IMG/VR virus record: IMGVR_UViG_3300048928_000639
Location: 4,045-68,044 of that record
Strand: one strand, 5' to 3'
Origin: a virus
Length of the DNA stretch: 64,000 nt
Shown: positions 45,950-53,536 of the stretch, in pieces
How the letters are laid out: each line of letters begins with the position of its first letter
Position numbering within the stretch: position 1 is the first letter of the stretch
Notes under the pieces: model-generated
The model's database searches: none
What the model saw: the letters and a program-made list of their open reading frames with translations, nothing else
Told to the model about the DNA's origin: nothing
Made by a program: the position numbers and the translations under genes

Positions 45950-46375
45950 TTAGCGCTTCTTGGGCGCGAGCTTCGGTGGCGACAGGGCAGGAGTCCACAT
46001 GGTGCCATCACGGTCCAGTTCAGCATAAAGACGCAAATGCATTCCATCGCGGACATCGACGCCTTTTTCGCCAAGTTCTTTGACGATGCGAGCGCGTTCA
46101 CGCGCGTGGTCAAGGGTGCAATATTCCGGACCAGGTGTTGCGGTGCCGATTTTCATTTCGGGTTTCTGATCGGTCAACGCCAGTTTGTAGGTTACGCGAT
46201 ACGCAATCTCGCCCGTCTTATGAATGACGAAACGCAGTCCGAACACCCGGTCATCCGAGTAGGTGACCTTGGTCGTAGGGTTCCGTGATGTCTGCAAATC
46301 TTCTAGGGTCTTAAACAGGAATGCTTCGGAGAAATGGGATTCTTCACTTGGCGGGAGTTTCTTACGTCGAGCCAT
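45950..46375 (-). CDS. Stand-alone integrase arm-type DNA-binding domain protein (DUF4102-like)
   Basis: SDDRVFGLRFVI.KTG..AY..TY...MKIG...TL..ARERAR...G.DV; no catalytic domain; GGAGG RBS. Confidence 0.7.
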   Translation of the reverse strand: MARRKKLPPSEESHFSEAFLFKTLEDLQTSRNPTTKVTYSDDRVFGLRFVIHKTGEIAYRVTYKLALTDQKPEMKIGTATPGPEYCTLDHARERARIVKELGEKGVDVRDGMHLRLYAELDRDGTMWTPALSPPKLAPKKR

Positions 46376-46423
46376 CTTGGCCTCCAATACTATATGGGTT
46401 CTGCTGTGGTACCTAGATGGCTA

Positions 46424-46446
46424 AAAACCTTGACTGTCAACATAAA
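46424..46446. promoter_or_regulatory. Variant dyad copy (CTG spacer) upstream of arm-domain gene
   Basis: aaaaccttgactgtcaacataaa. Confidence 0.55.
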
Positions 46447-46520
46447 GTTTAGTGCAGTGCGATTTATAGTTGACATATACCCGAGTACCGAGCGCTGATT
46501 CGTTTGCTGCTCGCGGTGAA

Positions 46521-46554
46521 TTATTCTTGACTCTCATAATTACATCGGTAGGGT
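46521..46554 (+). promoter_or_regulatory. Dyad promoter/operator copy driving right arm
   Basis: ttattcTTGACTctcataattacatcggTAGGGT. Confidence 0.8.
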
Positions 46555-46599
46555 GACCCTCGTTGCAACAAGCCCGGACGGGCAGATGAGGGACTACAC

Positions 46600-47325
46600 A
46601 TGACATTCAAGTGGAAGATTATTCGTCCGACGCCGACCGCTGCCGCGGGCGAGTTGGGAGTGACCGGTGTCGGCATCGAATGCGAGACCGGCCAGATGGG
46701 CGCGGCGGACTTCGTCGAAGCGATCCAGCGCGAGAACAATGCGTTCGTTACCATCTTCGGCTCGGCGATTCTCGCCGGTGTGATCGAAACGGCATCGGAA
46801 GGCTCGGACGATGAGCCCGAAGTGGCGGCAGCGCCGGGTGAGCCGGAAAAGCCGAAGCGAACGCGCGGCCCGAACAAGTCCAAGCAGGTGGAAGCGGTCG
46901 CACCGGCGCCGATGCCGGTCCCCGAAGCGGCTCCGCCCGCTGCTCCAGTAGTCGACGATGGTATCCCCGAGGCGCTGCGGCGCATCGCTCCCCCGGCGCC
47001 TGTCGCCCCCGCTGCGGCTGCACCGCTCCCGCCACCTTTGATGCCCGCCGCTCCGCCGATCGCTCCCACCGCGCCGACGCCGCCTCCAGCCCCTCCTGCC
47101 GCACCGCCGACCGGCGTGCTCGCGGAGAAGATCATCGCCGACCTGAACGTCCGCAAGAGCAACCCGCTCGTGACCGACGGCGGGCAGGCCCTGGTCGACT
47201 GGCTCGCAGCGCCGCCGCTGTCGCTGGTGGTCAAGGGCGCGACCTACGATCAGGCGATGGACGTGCTGCGCATGACCACAGACGACAAGCTGGCGGCTGC
47301 CGCGGCGGTGTTGAAGATCACGTAA
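46600..47325 (+). CDS. Pro/Ala-rich hypothetical protein
   Basis: RBS; first gene of right arm; long PAAPP low-complexity linker. Confidence 0.7.
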   Translation: MTFKWKIIRPTPTAAAGELGVTGVGIECETGQMGAADFVEAIQRENNAFVTIFGSAILAGVIETASEGSDDEPEVAAAPGEPEKPKRTRGPNKSKQVEAVAPAPMPVPEAAPPAAPVVDDGIPEALRRIAPPAPVAPAAAAPLPPPLMPAAPPIAPTAPTPPPAPPAAPPTGVLAEKIIADLNVRKSNPLVTDGGQALVDWLAAPPLSLVVKGATYDQAMDVLRMTTDDKLAAAAAVLKIT

Positions 47326-47381
47326 CGGTCGCGGCAAAGGCGCTCGGAATGGGCCGGGCGCCGGCAATAGGAGCCACACCA

Positions 47382-47612
47382 ATGCTGATCACGGTCGTAG
47401 CTGTCCTCTGCACGCTCTCATCCGGAATGTGTGTCGAGGAAATCGTCACGGACTCCAACATGGACCCGGACGTCACCATGCAGGGCTGCCAGATCGGCGG
47501 GCAGGCCGGCATCGCAAAATGGATGGGAGAGCATCCGCTGTATCACGCGAAGTGGCGACTGGACCGGTGGAAGTGCGTATCTGGAGTCTACAACATTCGG
47601 GGGCGGGTATGA
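47382..47612 (+). CDS. Small Cys-containing, probably exported protein
   Basis: AGGAG RBS; hydrophobic N-terminus, four Cys. Confidence 0.6.
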   Translation: MLITVVAVLCTLSSGMCVEEIVTDSNMDPDVTMQGCQIGGQAGIAKWMGEHPLYHAKWRLDRWKCVSGVYNIRGRV

Positions 47613-48091
47613 TGGACAAGCAGCGCGTCATCTTGACGGTCGGATGCCCCGGCGCGGGAAAGACAACCTTCGCACGGGAGTCGTATCCGGATTGGGTAGT
47701 TCTCTCACTGGACGATTTCCGGTCATCGCTCTTTCGGGACAAGCAAGTGTACCACGAGCAGTGCGTCACGAAACCGCGAATGCGGGCACTTCTGAACGAC
47801 GCCTACGAAGATACGCTGCGAACCACTCTCGGTTACGGTTTCAACGCGATCCTCGCCAATATGCACATCTATCCAAATTCGTTTGCGAGCACCATGACGC
47901 TTCTGAAACGGTTCGACATCGCACCGGAGGTCTACGTTTTTCATGTGCCGCTCGACGAATTGCTTCGACGCAATTTGTCGCGACCGATCTCGGATCGCGT
48001 TCCGGAAGAATTTCTCCGTAAGGCGTTCGCGGACATGTGCTCGCCCGACGTGTGGTGGCGCTCCTACGACGGCACCGTTCGACATCTTTAA
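47609..48091 (+). CDS. P-loop kinase (polynucleotide kinase-like)
   Basis: GCPGAGKTT, SLDDFR, RRN..R....VPE. Confidence 0.85.
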   Translation: MMDKQRVILTVGCPGAGKTTFARESYPDWVVLSLDDFRSSLFRDKQVYHEQCVTKPRMRALLNDAYEDTLRTTLGYGFNAILANMHIYPNSFASTMTLLKRFDIAPEVYVFHVPLDELLRRNLSRPISDRVPEEFLRKAFADMCSPDVWWRSYDGTVRHL

Positions 48092-48128
48092 TCAACAACA
48101 GCGGCCACGCCGCAGAACAGTAGCGACT

Positions 48129-48518
48129 ATGACAGAAGCGATTCAACTGGCGGAGCGGGCAGGGTTAGTCCTCATTGGAAGACTCAACAGCCAACCTGTG
48201 TACTCGTGCACTGAACCCCAAGTCGAAACCCTGGTGCGCTTGGCCACTCGGCAAGGCCGCGCCGAGGCGATGCAGTTGCTGCGGGCGGAGATGAACAACC
48301 CGCTGAATGGCGCACCTGCGCGGAGTGTTGCACATGGCGTGTTCGGGGCGCTCAAGAAGCGCAACGATGCGTTCGATGCGGAGTTGGCGGCGACGAAGGC
48401 GGTAGCGGAGCCCTGCGACTACTGCGGTCCCGGCAAACGTACCGGGCTGCCGAGCAACGCCTGTGAGAATTGTCTGAACACCGGGCTGAAGAACCCGACT
48501 GCGGAGAATTTGCGATGA
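48129..48518 (+). CDS. Hypothetical protein with C-terminal Zn finger
   Basis: CDYC...CENCLNTG. Confidence 0.55.
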   Translation: MTEAIQLAERAGLVLIGRLNSQPVYSCTEPQVETLVRLATRQGRAEAMQLLRAEMNNPLNGAPARSVAHGVFGALKKRNDAFDAELAATKAVAEPCDYCGPGKRTGLPSNACENCLNTGLKNPTAENLR

Positions 48519-49630
48519 CCGCCGAAACACACTCTGACCGCAGCCATGCGATCTACGCGCCATCAATGACCAGGTGGTCAAAGGAGGGCGGCTGCACCGC
48601 GGCGCCGTTTGCTATTGCGCAGATGCCGCAGCAGGAGGAAAGCGAAGCGTCGCGCGCTGGCACCGAGGCGCACGAGGAAATCGAGCGCTGCTTCGGAAAG
48701 CTGAACGGCGAATTCGTCACGCCGGCGACAATGGACATCAAGCCGGTCGACCCCGATCATCCGGCGGCATACGGCATCGCGCTCATGGTGTCATACATTC
48801 GCCAGTTGCCGCCGGGGCGTCTCTGGATCGAGAAGCACGTCCAGTTGACCAAAGATATCCACGGTACTCCCGACGTCCGCCACTGGGAGGAGACGACCGG
48901 CGTTCTCACCGTGCCGGACTTCAAGAATGGGTTCGTGGGCGTCGATGCGGACACCGAGCAGTTGAAAATATACGCTGCGGCGTCGGTCTACACCGATAAT
49001 CTCGCGCTGAAATGGGCACGCCTGGTCATAGTTCAACCGAATGATTTTCGGCCCGTCCCGCGGGTGAAACAGCACGTAATGTCGGCGGCAGAACTGTTCG
49101 AGTTCGCGCAGCGCGTGGCAGCAATTCCATCGGGGCCGAAGGTGTTCAAGGCCGGCGAACACTGCGTCTATTGCCCCGTATTCGGCAAGTGCGAAGCCAC
49201 GCGCGATCTGCTATCACAATTCGGCGTGCTCATGCAGCATTCGGCGGCTGACCTGCGCCCGGATCAGGTTGCGCTCGTTCTCGCAATCAAAAAGCCCGTG
49301 ACTGATTGGTTCGCCGGCGTCGAGAAGCTGTGGACCAAGACCGCGCTGACCGGATCTCCACCCGATGGGATGGGGCTTTTCACCAGTGTGAAGCACCGCG
49401 TCTGGATCGACCCTGATAAGGCTCGTGCGGCGATCGTTGCAGCCAAGGGCATCGAGGCGCTGGAGCCACCGACCCCCGCGCAGGCAGAGAAGCTGGGCGT
49501 CGATATCACCGGTCTGACCGAGACACCCGAGGGTGCGCCAGTCCTCGCTTTCCTCAACGACAAGCGCAAACCGTGGGCGCCTAAGTCGGCTGAAGCGATG
49601 TTTGCCAACATACCTGGAGTGACGTCATGA
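48515..49630 (+). CDS. DUF2800 Cas4-like PD-(D/E)xK nuclease
   Basis: HAIYAPS..RW...C, GTEAHE, GTPD, DFKNG, QLKIYA, IVQP, GEHC.YCP...C. Confidence 0.88.
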   Translation: MTAETHSDRSHAIYAPSMTRWSKEGGCTAAPFAIAQMPQQEESEASRAGTEAHEEIERCFGKLNGEFVTPATMDIKPVDPDHPAAYGIALMVSYIRQLPPGRLWIEKHVQLTKDIHGTPDVRHWEETTGVLTVPDFKNGFVGVDADTEQLKIYAAASVYTDNLALKWARLVIVQPNDFRPVPRVKQHVMSAAELFEFAQRVAAIPSGPKVFKAGEHCVYCPVFGKCEATRDLLSQFGVLMQHSAADLRPDQVALVLAIKKPVTDWFAGVEKLWTKTALTGSPPDGMGLFTSVKHRVWIDPDKARAAIVAAKGIEALEPPTPAQAEKLGVDITGLTETPEGAPVLAFLNDKRKPWAPKSAEAMFANIPGVTS

Positions 49631-50013
49631 GCGGCGGGTATGGCTACGGCGAGCAGCAGCCGACCGAGAAGTGTCCGTACTGTCAGACGCCGTGCGACGC
49701 CGATTTCGTGGACATCGGGGTTGGATATCAGCAGTGCGGCCCCTTCTATTGCCAGCGGTGTGAGGCATCGGAGATCGGTCCGTGTGACCAACCCCGCGCA
49801 TTGTCAGAAACCGAGAAGGCGACAGGCTGGTACGCGCCCGGTAAAGAACCCGGTTCGTCGGCCAACGTGATCGGCGGCAAAGTCGTCTCGCATCGCGTAA
49901 TGGAAACTGCCTATCGGGATAAATTCACTGGTAACGCGTTGTATGAGTTGCCCGGCGAGGTCGAAAAATGGTTCGCGGAAACGCGCAGTGCAACCGCAGG
50001 AGTGACGTCATGA
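49616..50013 (+). repeat. 15-bp direct repeat GGAGTGACGTCATGA (49616-49630, 49999-50013) flanking one gene
   Basis: Exact match read from sequence. Confidence 0.85.
49627..50013 (+). CDS. Zn-finger hypothetical protein
   Basis: CPYC...ADFVDIGVG..QCGPF.C..C. Confidence 0.7.
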   Translation: MSGGYGYGEQQPTEKCPYCQTPCDADFVDIGVGYQQCGPFYCQRCEASEIGPCDQPRALSETEKATGWYAPGKEPGSSANVIGGKVVSHRVMETAYRDKFTGNALYELPGEVEKWFAETRSATAGVTS

Positions 50014-50597
50014 CCAAAAAGATCGACTTCAAATCACTGACCAGCGCCGAGGTTGAGCGCATCGTGGACAAGGGGCTTCGCCATCGCAGCGGCAAGACCC
50101 CCAGCGACTATCTCGACCACTTCCTCTACATCGCGCGCCATTTCGCGTTCGCCACGCACGATGATAGTTGGGGCGAGTTCGAGAAGGAATTCGCGATCAT
50201 CATTAGCCGATTGGTTCGCGCCGAAACACTGCGGCGCACATTCCAGTCCCGCGTCGTGCCATGGATGCTGCTCTGTTTCGGACCTGTCATCCCCATGAAC
50301 AAGACGGAGCGCAACCATCGGTTTTTCGAGGAAGCGACCGAACTGGTGCAGTCGCTCGACATGAGCCGCGAAGATGCGCACCGCCTAGTGGACTACGTCT
50401 ATGGCCGTCCGATTGGCGAGCCGGCGCAGGAAGTCGGCGGCGTGATGGTGACCCTTGCTGCGCTCTGCCACGCGAACGATTTGGACATGGCGGAAGCGGG
50501 CGAGACCGAACTGGCGCGCATCAACGAGCCCGCCGTGGTCGAGAGGATTCGACTGAAGCAGGCGACGAAGCCGAAACATGGGCCGTTGCCGGTATGA
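50010..50597 (+). CDS. MazG-like/NTP-pyrophosphatase-fold protein
   Basis: RFFEEATELVQ...QEVGGV.VTLAALC. Confidence 0.55.
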   Translation: MTKKIDFKSLTSAEVERIVDKGLRHRSGKTPSDYLDHFLYIARHFAFATHDDSWGEFEKEFAIIISRLVRAETLRRTFQSRVVPWMLLCFGPVIPMNKTERNHRFFEEATELVQSLDMSREDAHRLVDYVYGRPIGEPAQEVGGVMVTLAALCHANDLDMAEAGETELARINEPAVVERIRLKQATKPKHGPLPV

Positions 50598-50917
50598 CCC
50601 ATCCGCACCAAGCCCTCGTCGACCAGGGCGTCATCACCATCGCCGACGGCGTGGTGCGTCTCACGCGACAGGCTTGGGCGTTTGCCACGGACTGCACCTG
50701 CTACGCCGAGCGGCACGACGTCGTCCACTTCGTCGGGTTCAAGGACGATCGTTGGTGGAACGCAGTCAGGACGTTCGGTCGGCCGGACTTCGTGCATCGA
50801 CGATGGGACGCGCGGGCCGTGGTTGAAGTGATGCCGGGCGACTTGGTCGTGTTCGCCACGGGTGACGAGACGCAGCCGGTCGATCCGTTTGCATACGATG
50901 ACAGTGCTTATTTTTGA
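50594..50917 (+). CDS. Hypothetical protein
   Basis: HFVGFKDD...AVRTFG.PDFVH..WD.RA; ATGA coupling. Confidence 0.6.
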   Translation: MTHPHQALVDQGVITIADGVVRLTRQAWAFATDCTCYAERHDVVHFVGFKDDRWWNAVRTFGRPDFVHRRWDARAVVEVMPGDLVVFATGDETQPVDPFAYDDSAYF

Positions 50918-50937
50918 CTCCAGACAAGGACAGCGAA

Positions 50938-51645
50938 ATGACAGACGCAATTTCGGTACTCGACCACGGCTTCGTCCGACTGGTCGACTCGATGGGCGGC
51001 GACCTTTCCGTGGCGCGAGCCGCCCGCGTCTCATATGACGCCGCGTGGCGGGCAGGGGAGGATGCAGGCAGCGACGCGAAGCTGATCAACTATCTCTGGA
51101 AAAACCGTCACACCACGCCGTTCGAGGCGGTGACGTTCACATTCGAAATCAAGGCGCCAATCTTCGTCTTTCGCCAATGGCACCGGCATCGCACCTGGTC
51201 CTTCAATGAACTGTCGGCGCGCTATCGCGAACTGCCCGAGGAATTTTACGTGCCGGCGCCTGAAGCAATCGGCGTCCAGTCCAAGGACAACAAGCAGGGG
51301 CGGGACGTGAGCGGCGAGGTCCGCGACATGCTGGTACCCTCCATGATCGACGCGTCGTGTCGCGCCGCCTTCGCAGCCTACCGAACCTTATTGGAGCATG
51401 ACGTTCCTCGTGAACTGGCACGGTCGGTGCTGCCCGTGGCAACCTACAGCCACATGTTCGCAACGGTCGATCTGCTGAACCTGCTCAAGTTCCTGACCTT
51501 GCGCTGCGATAGCCATGCCCAGATGGAAATCCGGGTCTACGCCGACGCGATGCGCGACTTGATCCGCCCCGTGGTGCCGGTCTGTCTGGCCGCTTGGTCC
51601 GCTTCTGTCGGAATTAATGTTGACTCTCACGATTCGAAAGCGTAG
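50938..51645 (+). CDS. thyX: Flavin-dependent thymidylate synthase
   Basis: AARVSY, HTTPFE, RQWHRHRTWSFNELSARY, ELARSVLP, HAQMEIR. Confidence 0.96.
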   Translation: MTDAISVLDHGFVRLVDSMGGDLSVARAARVSYDAAWRAGEDAGSDAKLINYLWKNRHTTPFEAVTFTFEIKAPIFVFRQWHRHRTWSFNELSARYRELPEEFYVPAPEAIGVQSKDNKQGRDVSGEVRDMLVPSMIDASCRAAFAAYRTLLEHDVPRELARSVLPVATYSHMFATVDLLNLLKFLTLRCDSHAQMEIRVYADAMRDLIRPVVPVCLAAWSASVGINVDSHDSKA

Positions 51646-51648
51646 GGT
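51614..51648 (+). promoter_or_regulatory. Dyad promoter/operator copy upstream of SSB
   Basis: ttaatgTTGACTctcacgattcgaaagcgTAGGGT. Confidence 0.8.
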
Positions 51649-51688
51649 CCATCCGTCACCTTTGCAGCATTCTTAACCGGAGTATCCA

Positions 51689-52525
51689 ATGACCACCGAG
51701 AAGCACAAATCCCAGCGCAGTGAGACGGCCCTGATCGGCGAAGCTCGTATCGCATTCCCTTTCCATCACGAGAAGCGCACCAAATCGGCCGGCGGTAAGC
51801 CGCTCGACAAGCCGCGTCACGATGCGGTGGTCCTGTTGCCCAAGCTCGGCGCCGCCGACGTCTGCCCGAACTACGCCAAACTTGCCGCGCTCGCCATGGA
51901 ATCCGCCCGCAAGGCGTGGCCGACCAGCGTCGATGCGAACAAAAACTGGACATGGCCCGCCGGCGGCAAATGGCCGATTCAGGATGGCGACATTCCCCAC
52001 GTCTCCAAACCCAAACCCGGCGTCGTCGCCAAGACGCCCGAACAGATCGCGGCGTCCAACGCGTGGCGTCAGGGATCATGGGTCATCGAAGTCTCCACCA
52101 ACCTCGAACCCGGCCCGCGTGTTTGCGTGATGCAGAACGGCGTGGCGCAGGAAATTCCGGCCAAGGTCGGCCCGAACGGCGTGCAGTATTACAAGTCCGG
52201 TGACTACGGCTACGTTTCGCTCAACGCCTACTCGTTCCAGAACGAAACCTGGGGGGTCAACTACGGCTACGAGGGGGTGCTATACACACGTCCCGGCGAG
52301 GCGATCGGCAGCAGCGGCCCGCGTTCGGCATCGCAGATGTTCGGTTCTGTCGCAGGCTCGGTCGGTGCCGCTCCACCCGCTCCGCCCACCGCCCCAGGCG
52401 CACCCCCAGCACCGCCCGCACCGCCCGTCGCAACCGCCCCGCCACTGGCCCCTGCTGCTCCGCCCGCGCCGCCGGCTCCTCCGCTGCCGCCCGGTCTGCC
52501 CGCGTTCCCGCAGCCGGCGCAGTAG
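51689..52525 (+). CDS. DUF2815-type ssDNA-binding protein with polyproline tail
   Basis: ARIAFP, PIQDGD, YSGDYG-like, NAY...GV..G...V...GE.IG...SASQMF; between DUF2800 and PolA. Confidence 0.8.
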   Translation: MTTEKHKSQRSETALIGEARIAFPFHHEKRTKSAGGKPLDKPRHDAVVLLPKLGAADVCPNYAKLAALAMESARKAWPTSVDANKNWTWPAGGKWPIQDGDIPHVSKPKPGVVAKTPEQIAASNAWRQGSWVIEVSTNLEPGPRVCVMQNGVAQEIPAKVGPNGVQYYKSGDYGYVSLNAYSFQNETWGVNYGYEGVLYTRPGEAIGSSGPRSASQMFGSVAGSVGAAPPAPPTAPGAPPAPPAPPVATAPPLAPAAPPAPPAPPLPPGLPAFPQPAQ

Positions 52526-52534
52526 GTCACTAAT

Positions 52535-53097
52535 ACGGCGACTGGCTTGGTTTTGCGTACCAGTCGCCGTTCCACTAAAGCTTGAGCGATCGGGGCTTTG
52601 ATCTGGTCAACGAAACGCAGTCACGGAGCAAAGAGCGCAGCGGCAGTAAAGTGGAGACACCGACCGTTCCCTTTCGAGGGGAGACACGGACACGACGTCA
52701 CACGGGCCAAGCAACATCCGGAAATCGCGACATCTGATCATCGCCCGGCGCTGCGCAATTTGCCACCAAACTCAACGGTCGTGCTCCACATATCAGGGGA
52801 CTACGTCTTACGGTGCTCCGCCCAACGCAACACTCATTTCCACGCGAGAGGGTACGCCGCCCCTTCACACCAAGCGGCGTTTATAATTCCCCGTGCGACG
52901 GGGCGAATGTAGCGCAGGAGGCGAACATGAAGCTGTAGCAACCGTCTGACATACCGATCGATTGATCGGCAGCATGCACCAACCCATACCAGGGAGTCGG
53001 CACCTGACTTGGAAGTCCGGACAGGCGTAGCGGGAAAAGGCCCCCGTAATCATAGGGCAAGGCGTGTGGGCACCGAGCGCAATGCTACATCGGTGCC
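52535..53097 (+). ncRNA. Putative structured non-coding RNA
   Basis: No convincing ORF; at least 8 complementary segment pairs including long-range crossing helices. Confidence 0.45.
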
Positions 53098-53118
53098 AAC
53101 CAATTCAAGGAGACCGCC

Positions 53119-53313
53119 ATGCGCCGCGTGAAAACCGTATCCGCCAGTCTGCCGCACGGTGACGTCGAAATCACCATTCGCATCAAAAACACTTGCGGAT
53201 TGACCATGAGCGAGGTCGAGACGTCTATGTCTGTGCTGACTGACGACGCTATGCGTTCGCTTTCCGCGGTTCGATATTTCTCCACGCCGCTGTCCGCGAT
53301 CAAGGTGAAGTAG
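53119..53313 (+). CDS. Hypothetical protein
   Basis: AAGGAG RBS, 64 aa. Confidence 0.6.
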   Translation: MRRVKTVSASLPHGDVEITIRIKNTCGLTMSEVETSMSVLTDDAMRSLSAVRYFSTPLSAIKVK

Positions 53314-53452
53314 TCGTGGACCTGATCGTCGATCTCATTGACCAGTTGGTGGACGCCCGCGTCAAGCACGCGCGCGGGCTGGAACACGACGTCGAGATCG
53401 CCAAGATTAAGGAACGGCTGCGCCTCGTGCTGGTCGAGAACCTGGGTCGCAA

Positions 53453-53536
53453 ATGAACCGCGTCCTCGTCTGTGGCGGTCGTGACTTCATGGACCAGGCG
53501 CGCGTCTACGCGGTGCAGTCCGGGCGTTTGCGATGA
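53453..53536 (+). pseudogene. Truncated DUF2493/SLOG-family remnant
   Basis: MNRVLVCGGRDFMD... stops after 27 aa at the polymerase start. Confidence 0.55.

Noticed and set aside
48515-49630. Cas4-like nuclease as evidence of CRISPR-Cas
   Set aside because: It sits in the common DUF2800-DUF2815-PolA phage replication module
52592-52790. tmRNA/tRNA-like acceptor stem (GGGGC...GCTCCAC)
   Set aside because: No T-arm (GTTCRA) before the 3' strand and no tag reading frame recognised
52793-52806. Group I intron R-like element (TCAGGGGACTAC)
   Set aside because: No matching S element nearby and no interrupted gene
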